The notes under the pieces are model-generated. The model was not told the DNA's origin. It worked only from the letters and a program-made list of their open reading frames with translations, and ran no database searches. A stretch of DNA of 64,000 bases from a virus (lineage: Duplodnaviria > Caudoviricetes). Made by a program: the position numbers and the translations under genes. Positions 1-8,601 of this stretch are shown piece by piece (within the stretch, counting starts at the first letter, position 1; each line of letters begins with the position of its first letter). The stretch is from the IMG/VR virus record IMGVR_UViG_3300031951_000008; one strand, given 5' to 3'.

Positions 1-1
1 C

Positions 2-358
2 GCAGGTAAGCAAGACTGGGACCCTGTTACTTTGGTTTGGTATGATTCTGAGCAAAATCCGGACATATCGAGAGGCCTTTATCACTGGCTTGAAACAGTG
101 GTGAACTTAACCAACTTGCACGTAGCACACCCAAGCCAGTATAAGAGACAAGCCTCTTTGGTAATGCTAACTGGCACCAACGGGGTGAGCGAAAGATGGC
201 GTATGTACGGAACTTGGCCGACTTCCATCAATTGGCAAGAACTTGATTATACTTCAGCAGATTTGCAAACCTGCGAGGCATCCTTGCGATATGACCGGGC
301 AGTAAGAGAGTGCTTCACCCCAGCAATCTCGACACTCCCACAAGCAAGTTGCGTCTAG
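2..358 (+). CDS. Tail tube protein (T4 gp19-like), 5'-truncated by the window edge
   Basis: Frame is open from nt 2 (AGKQDWDPVTLVWYD...WxxxGxWPTSINWQELDYTSADLQTCEASLRYDRA), the typical gp19 C-terminal pattern. Confidence 0.85.
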   Translation, partial: AGKQDWDPVTLVWYDSEQNPDISRGLYHWLETVVNLTNLHVAHPSQYKRQASLVMLTGTNGVSERWRMYGTWPTSINWQELDYTSADLQTCEASLRYDRAVRECFTPAISTLPQASCV

Positions 359-388
359 GCTCACGCCGAATCAATTTGAAGTATATAG

Positions 389-415
389 AATGGGACTCTA
401 ACGAGTCCCATTTTT
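389..415 (+). terminator. Intrinsic terminator
   Basis: AATGGGACTC-TAAC-GAGTCCCATT 10-bp stem followed by TTT, after the first tube gene. Confidence 0.8.
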
Positions 416-428
416 GTAGGAGAATTAA

Positions 429-1013
429 ATGCCTGGGTTCAAAATACCATTAAACGATTACACTGATAAGTGCAATGATGCAGGCAATGCGATTATAGCT
501 GCTACGGGGCCTTCTCATACCAGAGAGACGGCACGTTCCTACAGATATGAAGTTAGCTTACGTCTGATAAAATCGTTGAATAAGTCCCAGGAGATAAGCT
601 TATTTGCTAAAACATGCCAAAGGCCCTCACCCGAATTTGATGAGATAACTATACATCATAAGCACGAAGAGATTTATAGGCCTGGAAAGATAAGATGGAA
701 CCCTATCGATATCGTGTTTTACGAAGCACTAGATACCGATTCTGGAACCGACTTGACCGCTCAGACTATATATGATTGGTGGTCTAAATCGATATATAAT
801 GTAAGCACTCAAAGGCAGGTGACTGTGAGAGAAATATACGAAAACAACTGTACAATATCGATGCAAAATGGGGCAGGCACGATATGCTGGAAGTACAACC
901 TATATAATGCTTGGCCCCGAAAGATATCAGCCAAAGACTGCGATTATACTGGCTCAGACATATCTGAAATAAGCGTGAACGTAAAATATAATAAAGCAAC
1001 AGAAGAGAAATAA
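429..1013 (+). CDS. Tail tube-like protein, paralog 2
   Basis: gp19-like motifs: YRPGKIRWNPIDIVFY, IYDWW, WKYNLYNAWP, DCDYTGSDISEISVNVKYNKA. Confidence 0.75.
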   Translation: MPGFKIPLNDYTDKCNDAGNAIIAATGPSHTRETARSYRYEVSLRLIKSLNKSQEISLFAKTCQRPSPEFDEITIHHKHEEIYRPGKIRWNPIDIVFYEALDTDSGTDLTAQTIYDWWSKSIYNVSTQRQVTVREIYENNCTISMQNGAGTICWKYNLYNAWPRKISAKDCDYTGSDISEISVNVKYNKATEEK

Positions 1014-1015
1014 AT

Positions 1016-1567
1016 ATGGGTGGATTTGCAATAGCCAATGGTGTAACCGGGTTTACAGTAAGCCCTAATAATACTAGGCAGAACGTAGATCCAAATGTCG
1101 AGTTATATCATACTTATACTTGGGAGCTTTTCCAGATATTAGATGAGCCAACTGCACGCAGACAGCAGCTGATAGTTCTAAAGGACGCTACAACACCGAC
1201 TTTCACAGTCAATAAAGAGACATATGTAGCTGCAAGCGTAGAGTATAAGTTCGCGAAGAGTGTCACTTGGGACGATATCAAATTGTCATGGTATGATACT
1301 GTAGGTATGTTCGATTATTTGATGAAGTGGAGATCTAGTGTTTGGGACCCTAAGGTAGGTCTGTCGTCTGCAGAATACTACAAGAAGAAGACTGTACTTA
1401 GGTGCTTTACTCCAGACGAAGACAATTATTATGGTTGGAGCCTAGTTAACAGCTGGCCATCGACTATCAGATATGGAGACCTTACTTACGCCAGCAGTGA
1501 TGCAAAATTGGTAGAAGTGACATTATCATATGATTGGGCCGAAGAATTTAAGGGAACTGGTACATAA
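1016..1567 (+). CDS. Tail tube-like protein, paralog 3
   Basis: KFAKSVTWDDIKLSWYD, WSLVNSWP, GDLTYASSDAKLVEVTLSYDWA. Confidence 0.75.
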   Translation: MGGFAIANGVTGFTVSPNNTRQNVDPNVELYHTYTWELFQILDEPTARRQQLIVLKDATTPTFTVNKETYVAASVEYKFAKSVTWDDIKLSWYDTVGMFDYLMKWRSSVWDPKVGLSSAEYYKKKTVLRCFTPDEDNYYGWSLVNSWPSTIRYGDLTYASSDAKLVEVTLSYDWAEEFKGTGT

Positions 1568-1613
1568 TAAGCTGAGTATATAAGTAGTCAAACGCTTCTA
1601 ATAGGATCTAAAT

Positions 1614-2612
1614 ATGACGAAAAACGATGATGAAAATCTGTTAGGCACAAGTACACCTGAGCATGTTGATGTGCAGATGCAGCAAAAAAAGCATAGCATC
1701 ATCGATAAGACAGAAGGATTGTCGAACAGAGATTTGCTCGAAACATATATGAACGCCCCGGAAGATAAACTCCTTCCGTGGGAAGATGTTAGACTTCCGA
1801 GTGATGGCATTTATTACGGTTGGATAGATGGGACTGTTAAAGTTAGGCCGATGGGCACGGCTGCAGAAAAGGTATTGACCAACCAAAGACTCGCACAAGA
1901 TGGTCAGAATATTGACTACTTGTTTAGAGAATGCGTAATGCTCCAAAACGGCATGGACCCAGCGGACCTGCTGATCGGCGATAGGGCATTCTTGTTATAC
2001 TATATTCGCGGTTTGACGCATGGTAATATATATGAGTTCATGTTTACTTGCCCTAACGAAAGCTGTGGAAAATCAACCACATACAATTATGACCTGAACG
2101 CATTAGCTGACACTATCAAGTGGGCAAATCATAGCTTGGGTGCTGAGCCTTTCAAAATCGATTTGCCCTATGCTTCGCAGATACTTAGCCATAACGTATC
2201 GGTAGAGATAAGATTTTTAAGGGCTGTAGACACCAACAACATGATCGCCATGCGTAAAGCAAGGAAGAACATGTTTTCGCAGGGGTTGGTAAGGAACAGA
2301 ACACAGAATAAAGCTCAAGGTAACTTCAGCCGCACGCAAGATGCTGAAGACATGATCACCGATAATTTGGCTCGCATGATAGTTAGCGTGCTGGGTGAGA
2401 CCGATGAGTTTACAATCAAAAGATTCGTAGAAAAGATGCACGCTAGTGACACAGCGACTATCAGAGAATGGCTACGCGAGAACACACCCGGCATTGATAA
2501 TACTGTTATTATTACTTGCCCGTCATGCAATAATGATTTCACAGTAGAGCTTCCGATGACCGAAGGCTTTTTTCGCCCGGCAAAGTCCGGAACAATACGA
2601 AAACCAACGTAA
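1614..2612 (+). CDS. T4 gp26-like baseplate hub / tail assembly chaperone
   Basis: LPSDGIYY, VRPMGTAAEKVLT, LLIGDRAFLLYYIRGLTHG, two CxxC-type motifs (CPNESC, CPSC), and a C-terminal LPMTEGFFRP, all typical of this family. Confidence 0.7.
   Translation: MTKNDDENLLGTSTPEHVDVQMQQKKHSIIDKTEGLSNRDLLETYMNAPEDKLLPWEDVRLPSDGIYYGWIDGTVKVRPMGTAAEKVLTNQRLAQDGQNIDYLFRECVMLQNGMDPADLLIGDRAFLLYYIRGLTHGNIYEFMFTCPNESCGKSTTYNYDLNALADTIKWANHSLGAEPFKIDLPYASQILSHNVSVEIRFLRAVDTNNMIAMRKARKNMFSQGLVRNRTQNKAQGNFSRTQDAEDMITDNLARMIVSVLGETDEFTIKRFVEKMHASDTATIREWLRENTPGIDNTVIITCPSCNNDFTVELPMTEGFFRPAKSGTIRKPT
2565..2576 (+). other. Candidate +1 programmed ribosomal frameshift site GGC_TTT_TTT_CGC
   Basis: The +1 frame is open from 2560 to 2805 and joins the downstream ORF in frame. 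UUU_CGN is a known +1 shift motif. Confidence 0.6.
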
Positions 2613-2619
2613 AGCCTTA

Positions 2620-2805
2620 ATGGAGCAGGAGTATATATTAAAGAGAGAAGCAGGGCTTTCTCTGTTCGAAATAGCTTTTATGTCTGCAGAAGATAGATTA
2701 TGGTGGTTGCGACGGATTAAGGAGGATCGCGAGAAGGAAAAAGACGCGGCCAAGACTAGTCAAAACACGCCTAGAATGCCGTCCGTTCCTAGAATCCGAC
2801 GTTAA
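2620..2805 (+). CDS. Small tail chaperone C-terminal partner, probably translated as a frameshift extension from 2575
   Basis: EQEYIL...SLFEIAFMSAEDRLWWLRRI resembles the short ORFs that follow gp26-like chaperones. The frame is open 60 nt upstream of the ATG. Confidence 0.65.
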   Translation: MEQEYILKREAGLSLFEIAFMSAEDRLWWLRRIKEDREKEKDAAKTSQNTPRMPSVPRIRR

Positions 2806-2830
2806 TAAAATATAATATAACGGAGGATTA

Positions 2831-3688
2831 ATGATGTCGTTTCCAGAGTTGGCGAATGCTTATCCTAGAATATCGGCTAGAGTTGGGCAGCTTGTAGATC
2901 TCAATGTAGACTTCTTACATGCTGGTGTGCTAGCAGACCCTTATGCGATAAGATATGTTGAAATATACAAGACACAAGTTCTGCCACATAATAAAGTAGC
3001 AGTAATCCCAATATTAGATCCAGACGATGTAAATTATCCAGCGCCTGTATTCCAAGAATATACAATGACAGAAGAAGGAGCCTGTGGAACAGAGCCTACC
3101 GGACCTATATCAATGGTGCCAGGTAAGTACCATTTGCCTTTTACTGTTCCAAGTGATTTTGCTTCACCAGATGTATACTTTGATGTTTGGTACTATTACC
3201 CTACAAATCCTTGCGAGAGTATAACTGGTTGCGATTTGGATAGTAGCGAGAATGCTGCCAAATTGTTGAAGTGCTGCCATAGGTTCTGGGTTTATCCAGA
3301 TGAATGGTTATGCTCCGATAAGCTTCAAACTATAAGGTTCGGATTTGAGCCTTTGGATCAGAAGTTTTTTACACCTGAGTTTAGGCCGCTTGAGGTAGGC
3401 CTGATGCCATTGCCTCTGTATGATTATAATTTTAATTTAGTCAATCCGATGATACCATTTCTGCAACCTACTATCAACGTAAGGACTCAGCATAATGAAT
3501 TACTCATTAGTGATGAACCGTGTAGAATCGGAATTCGTCAGGGATCATATCGATCTAATCCCTGGGTGATACAGTATGATTTAGATACAACACGATTTTT
3601 GAAGGGAACTTACAGTTATAATATTAAGCTAACACTACCTGATGGTACTAGTCGTGTAAGTCGTCAATTTATATTCACAATACAATAA
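2831..3688 (+). CDS. Hypothetical protein, probably a beta-rich virion protein
   Basis: 285 aa, GGAGG RBS, upstream TAAAATATAA; located in the tail module. Confidence 0.6.
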   Translation: MMSFPELANAYPRISARVGQLVDLNVDFLHAGVLADPYAIRYVEIYKTQVLPHNKVAVIPILDPDDVNYPAPVFQEYTMTEEGACGTEPTGPISMVPGKYHLPFTVPSDFASPDVYFDVWYYYPTNPCESITGCDLDSSENAAKLLKCCHRFWVYPDEWLCSDKLQTIRFGFEPLDQKFFTPEFRPLEVGLMPLPLYDYNFNLVNPMIPFLQPTINVRTQHNELLISDEPCRIGIRQGSYRSNPWVIQYDLDTTRFLKGTYSYNIKLTLPDGTSRVSRQFIFTIQ

Positions 3689-3742
3689 ACGTATTGTAGC
3701 TACTGGCCACAGATAGCAGTAACTGTTTTGGTAGAATAATAT

Positions 3743-4909
3743 ATGCCAAATTATGATCAGTTCAAAGACAAGCTTAAATCGACTTATAGGCGACTGCCTG
3801 TTAGTAAGATAGAAGCTTGGATTAAAAAAAACTTTCGAGACGAGTTTAAAACCCGTAAAAATGGCACAGAATATATTATTTGTAATCCTTTCAACGGAGA
3901 TACCGGGTTCCATTTTAATATAAACCCCGAAAAGAATAAGTGTCACGATTGGAGAGGCAATGAGTGGGCAGGCCCAATCAACCCTGCAACTAATAGTAGG
4001 AATTGCTCTTTTGTCAAATTCGTTCGTCTTTTTAAGAAGTGTTCGTACTCTGAAGCCATAAAAGACATTATGGGCGAAGAGGTCGACATCCGGGAATATC
4101 TTAAGCCAGAATCGAGAATCACAGACACAGATTCTAAGTTATACTTTAATGTTGAGCTACCAAAAGGCACAGAGCCATTAGTGCTACATAAGTCAGATAT
4201 GCAAGCTAAAATATTGATAAAATGGCTCAAGAGCAGAGGATATACGGACCAGACTATAGAAAAAAGCGACTTAAGATTTATGGGCATGGACGTATACTGG
4301 CCTTATTTTGAATTCGATACTTTGGTATACTGGCAAAGCAGATCTCGATTAAATAAAGTATTTAACTTCCCATCGTTAGACGTTTATGAAAACAATAAGT
4401 TGATTGGTCATCTTAAGGCCACCAAAGGAGACTACTTCTATGGGTTCGATGACGTAGATCAGGCCTCTTATTTAATAATCACGGAGGCTATATTCGATAA
4501 AAACACCATAGGGCAGCAGGCACTAGCTTCTGGAGGTGCCGTCTTGACTTCAACGCAGGTTAAGAAATTAAAGCTGTTAAGCCCAATTAAAGGTATTATC
4601 TTGTCTCCCGATGCCGACGAAGCTGGCCTTACTAGTATAATTAGCAATGCGGAGTTATTAGAGCGAGCTGGCTATAAACTATATTATAGTATACCGCCTG
4701 ACATGAAGTATAAAAATGAAAACGGAATCGAGGTAAGCGTCAAAGATTGGAACGAGCTTGGTCAATTTGTAGTAGGGTTTGATGATGTAAGGAAGCATCA
4801 CGACAAGCTAATTAAGCCTTTGAACACACAAGCTAAAATTGACATACAACTTAGAGTAGCAGAAATGAAGGAACGTAAGCGTAGACAAGCCATTCCTAAG
4901 TCATTCTGA
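3743..4909 (+). CDS. DNA primase (DnaG-like: Zn-binding domain plus TOPRIM)
   Basis: N-terminal CNPF...H...CHDW Zn-finger-like segment; YWQSR; TOPRIM motifs IITEAIFD, SGG, LSPDADEAG, KDWNE. Confidence 0.85.
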   Translation: MPNYDQFKDKLKSTYRRLPVSKIEAWIKKNFRDEFKTRKNGTEYIICNPFNGDTGFHFNINPEKNKCHDWRGNEWAGPINPATNSRNCSFVKFVRLFKKCSYSEAIKDIMGEEVDIREYLKPESRITDTDSKLYFNVELPKGTEPLVLHKSDMQAKILIKWLKSRGYTDQTIEKSDLRFMGMDVYWPYFEFDTLVYWQSRSRLNKVFNFPSLDVYENNKLIGHLKATKGDYFYGFDDVDQASYLIITEAIFDKNTIGQQALASGGAVLTSTQVKKLKLLSPIKGIILSPDADEAGLTSIISNAELLERAGYKLYYSIPPDMKYKNENGIEVSVKDWNELGQFVVGFDDVRKHHDKLIKPLNTQAKIDIQLRVAEMKERKRRQAIPKSF

Positions 4910-5413
4910 TAAGTCACTATATGTGGATTGGCATTGGCAATGACATTTCCAGTGGTCTACTTGACCGCCAGTGACGACTGTCTCAAATTTGAGCCCTAAG
5001 CAAGCTCCGCATGTCGCTTTCTCTATAACAACCCAGTCTCCATTCTGATCAGTAGACTCCGAGGAAATCCGAGAAGGCAATACTGGCTTATTAAGAGCAA
5101 GCAAACCTCCCAATGAGTCTGTGACCTTTTCGTCTTTGATGATGATAATATCTCCGTATATGCTATGATCAGAACCGATCTCGACCATTTGACTACTGTA
5201 TGTGAGGATATGAATTTGATCACGATTGGACCTAAGCCATTCTGTCACATTCCGAAGAGGCGTTATGGTCGACTTAGGTATGTTAATATGCAGAAGAAAT
5301 CTCATTAAGTCTACGCCATTAGATGCTCTGTGAGGAAAATCCCAAGAAACAGGGACTATAACATCTAGGACATCACATCGTATGGCTGCTACCATAATTG
5401 GCTTAATGATCAT
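4901..5413 (-). CDS. Hypothetical protein with C-terminal Cys cluster
   Basis: 170-aa ORF fills the gap; CGAC...CHCQC. Confidence 0.55.
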   Translation of the reverse strand: MIIKPIMVAAIRCDVLDVIVPVSWDFPHRASNGVDLMRFLLHINIPKSTITPLRNVTEWLRSNRDQIHILTYSSQMVEIGSDHSIYGDIIIIKDEKVTDSLGGLLALNKPVLPSRISSESTDQNGDWVVIEKATCGACLGLKFETVVTGGQVDHWKCHCQCQSTYSDLSE

Positions 5414-6314
5414 CTAAATATCCTGTTGGAACGCTGGTAATTTTGGACTTATGTACTACGGAGCCTGATCTCAATTTGACGATCGGCTTTGCTCTATTAG
5501 GACCTGTCCAGAATAAAGCATAATGAGCATTTCGATAGTGCGGTATCTTCTCGATTGATTGACCTAGATTGAAGCCGTTTTTGCCTCGTCTTTTGGCCTT
5601 GTCTATTAAAGCTTGTTTTTTCTTGTCGTCTGACATATCAAATATGACACGATCTTTAGCAAGAATGTCAGGTGTTACGAAGTTTGGATCGTCATAGATA
5701 AGACAAATTGTAGTAACCAGCTTAACAACGCTTTGTACTATTGGGTCTGGTATGCTCTTACCGAGAAACCAAGTATTGTGAGATGCAAGAGCTTCTGTAG
5801 CATCTTCAAGGCTAACACCAGGCAGAAGAGGAAAGATTTTAAATGTATAGCATGGGAAACCGCCGTAAGTTTCACCAATATCGAATAAGATAGTGAGCCC
5901 ATCTATAAGGTTTTGAGAACCGGCCTGTTCAGCTACCTTCTGAACACCGAATAAAACGGTTTTTACTTCACAACCGTCGAATACGTATGGGTTATTAGGG
6001 TGAGTAGGAAGCCGTAGACATATTGTATGTGTAGGTGGCCTAATTGCGTCGCATGGTATGCTAAGCTTGACTTTACTGACCATATCAAAAACGGCTGGCC
6101 ATATATTATAATATGGTTTATCGTGTTTTGACCAATCAGATTCGAGAATAGATTGTCGATAGGCGAAAGGGTTATTGGTAGAAGCACCTGCTTCCTCTAT
6201 GACCTCATAAACCTCTTCTTGTGATATATCTCTTTTTAAGCCTTGTTTTTTGGCCGCTTTTCGAAGCACAGCCACACAGTCTTGAAAATCATGAAATTGC
6301 ATATTATCCTCCAC
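5403..6314 (-). CDS. Conserved phage hypothetical protein
   Basis: 303 aa, GGAGG RBS; C-terminal PHYRNAHYALFWTGPNRAKP resembles the PHxRxxH..W.G motif seen in uncharacterised phage proteins. Confidence 0.65.
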   Translation of the reverse strand: MEDNMQFHDFQDCVAVLRKAAKKQGLKRDISQEEVYEVIEEAGASTNNPFAYRQSILESDWSKHDKPYYNIWPAVFDMVSKVKLSIPCDAIRPPTHTICLRLPTHPNNPYVFDGCEVKTVLFGVQKVAEQAGSQNLIDGLTILFDIGETYGGFPCYTFKIFPLLPGVSLEDATEALASHNTWFLGKSIPDPIVQSVVKLVTTICLIYDDPNFVTPDILAKDRVIFDMSDDKKKQALIDKAKRRGKNGFNLGQSIEKIPHYRNAHYALFWTGPNRAKPIVKLRSGSVVHKSKITSVPTGYLDDH

Positions 6315-6337
6315 TATTATGTGGCGGTTGCGGCTGT

Positions 6338-6619
6338 TCAGAGAATATGCGTTTTGATTATCTCTACTTTATCGAGACTAAGAGTTCTAAAGCCATTTTT
6401 ATAAGCCGTAGGGCAATGTGTCCGTAGCCAGGCAGATAATCTATCATTTGCTAGTGCTTTAAGGATAGGCCTATTATCCATAAGCAGCCTGTGCTCTTTT
6501 TCATTGAATTTGTCGGACAGGATGCCAACGATTTTATTACCACGCTGGCCCAAATATAGCAGTAGTAAGTATTTGGGTGGCTCATTCTGAGATTTATAAG
6601 ATAAGTGTAACAGTTCCAT
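6338..6619 (-). CDS. Hypothetical protein (93 aa; start reassigned from 6871 to the ATG at 6619)
   Basis: MELLHLSYKS... fills the 6315-6617 gap exactly. The longer ORF's first 84 codons are antisense to the 6618 gene. Confidence 0.6.
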   Translation of the reverse strand: MELLHLSYKSQNEPPKYLLLLYLGQRGNKIVGILSDKFNEKEHRLLMDNRPILKALANDRLSAWLRTHCPTAYKNGFRTLSLDKVEIIKTHIL

Positions 6620-8009
6620 GGCGATAGACGATCTGATATCGAGAAATAACCCTAGGACTTTATCGTCGTCAAGTGCGACGAATAGCCCTACTGATTTTAA
6701 TTTTGAATCCTTATCCGAGCCAATAGCCGAAGCAAGACCGCAAGTCGATATAATTATACATATAGGAAAGGAGAAGCTATCTATCGGTAGGTATTTTAGC
6801 CGGTTCGAATTTAAAGCTATGGTAAATGGTGGATATATTATCAAGGCTAATGTGTTCGACGCACATTTCAATATTCATAGCCGTTTAATGGAGTTAGGAT
6901 ACTTTAACATAGCCAGGAGACAGCCAGTACGCATTGACTTTAGGATAATGTACGGGCCTGAAACAGATAGTTTTAACAGTAAGAATCAGACCAAAGTACA
7001 ATCTGCTGTTTTAGTCTCGTTTAATATATTGAGTGATGGAAACGATAAAGCCAATTTAGTCTTGATAGCAGTCGACCCGCCATCTTACTTTTTAAACATG
7101 GGAGATGCTAGTGGACGGGTAATAACCGGAACTGTATCGCAGGCGATAGAACAGATAATAGAAATTTATGCACCGGAGATCCAGAGGGAAGTATCAAAAA
7201 CGAATGGGTCCGATAAGATGAAGTGGTACATGATGAGGCAAGACCCCAAAACCTTTATTAAGTCTTTAACTGAATGGTCATCGTCATTAACACTAAAGAA
7301 AACCAATTGGCTAACAGCTGCTGATGGCTATAGTTTAAAGGTGAAAGAACAAGCCGAGTGGATTAGTAGACAGCGAGCATACTACAGATTCATGAAAGAG
7401 GGCAGATCTAGTATCAAATCATGTACAATAGTGTCTGATAATGGTTTATCAGTAGTGCAGTCGAAACTGGTAACACAAGGAACATCGGCAGTAGCAGGAA
7501 GATATTTAGACCCAAGAATAGATGTTGAAAAGCTCTCTGTGATGCCTAGAACTACTCCTAACAAAAAAGTCGCACAGGTTACTGATTGGCAATCCTATAG
7601 AGAGCCAACAGAGGGTCTACGACCACCGTTAGTTGGCTTTAGCTCTATTAAATCTATTCCTGAGGTAGGCTCAGGTGGTGACTTAGGTGTAGACTATGAG
7701 GATTATATAGATGGTAGGGCAAGACAATATTGGCTAGATATGAATCATAGAATTATAAAAGCTAAATTTACTATACTCGGCCATGGGGAATGGGATAGTA
7801 ATATAGGGCTAGGCGTGGATACCATATTTGTTCGATGGTCTAAAGAGCCTACAACAGTATTCGGCGTAGCACCAGGGCCAGATGATCTATATTGGGTAAC
7901 CGGAAATTGGTTAGTATATGGATTCCATCACATAGTGACAAGGAAGAAGTGGGATACTGATATATTCTGCTCTAGATATGATTATGTGACGTTGAATAAT
8001 AGATCTTAG
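6618..8009 (+). CDS. Baseplate hub / tail-tip protein (gp27 or late-control-D-like)
   Basis: 463 aa immediately upstream of the tape measure gene; ends with hub-like GNWLVYGFHHIV; WYMMRQDPKTFI. Confidence 0.5.
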   Translation: MAIDDLISRNNPRTLSSSSATNSPTDFNFESLSEPIAEARPQVDIIIHIGKEKLSIGRYFSRFEFKAMVNGGYIIKANVFDAHFNIHSRLMELGYFNIARRQPVRIDFRIMYGPETDSFNSKNQTKVQSAVLVSFNILSDGNDKANLVLIAVDPPSYFLNMGDASGRVITGTVSQAIEQIIEIYAPEIQREVSKTNGSDKMKWYMMRQDPKTFIKSLTEWSSSLTLKKTNWLTAADGYSLKVKEQAEWISRQRAYYRFMKEGRSSIKSCTIVSDNGLSVVQSKLVTQGTSAVAGRYLDPRIDVEKLSVMPRTTPNKKVAQVTDWQSYREPTEGLRPPLVGFSSIKSIPEVGSGGDLGVDYEDYIDGRARQYWLDMNHRIIKAKFTILGHGEWDSNIGLGVDTIFVRWSKEPTTVFGVAPGPDDLYWVTGNWLVYGFHHIVTRKKWDTDIFCSRYDYVTLNNRS

Positions 8010-8503
8010 CCCCCACCGCCCAGAATTTGACCTATTCGCTTACCTACAGCATTGTTGATGTCCCATTTTAAGGCGAATTGTGTGGCACGGTCGGACAGAA
8101 TGCTATTGACAAAGTTATTTCCATCGTTAAGGCCGACTTCATAATCGTCTAGTTCATCTTCAAGATCATCGTAATCGTCTCTTAGATTATCATAATCGGC
8201 TCTAAGGCTCAAAAGCTGACTTTGTAAATGAGTTATCGTCGCCAATTGCCCGGCGATAGTAGCATTCTGAGAAATAACTGTTTGTTGAAGTGTTGAAATT
8301 GCAGATAGGTTATCTTGTACTGCATTACGGTATATTATGCTTCTTTCTATGGCAATATAATCGATCATGTCAAAGTAGCGAGGATCGCTAAGCCTGTCGT
8401 AATGCTCTTGTACAGCGGAATCGCCGTGCCCGTCCATGATTGAATTGCATTTGTCGGCTAACTCGTTATCAAGGTTAAGCCGAATTCTTTCTACGTATTG
8501 CAT
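8006..8503 (-). CDS. Hypothetical coiled-coil protein
   Basis: Heptad-like LQSQLLSLRADYDNLRDDYDDLEDELD; 4-nt stop overlap with the 6618 gene. Confidence 0.6.
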   Translation of the reverse strand: MQYVERIRLNLDNELADKCNSIMDGHGDSAVQEHYDRLSDPRYFDMIDYIAIERSIIYRNAVQDNLSAISTLQQTVISQNATIAGQLATITHLQSQLLSLRADYDNLRDDYDDLEDELDDYEVGLNDGNNFVNSILSDRATQFALKWDINNAVGKRIGQILGGGG

Positions 8504-8601
8504 TCAGATATCTCTGTGTAAGACTAGTGATTACTTAGATATATATTTGTGGCAGAAATCGTCCTATTAAGAATATGGACGAAAATATAGATTAGTAGGA
8601 G

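Noticed and set aside
6620-6871. N-terminal extension of ORF 6338..6871
   Set aside because: Antisense to the 6618 gene; the ATG at 6619 gives a non-overlapping 93-aa protein.
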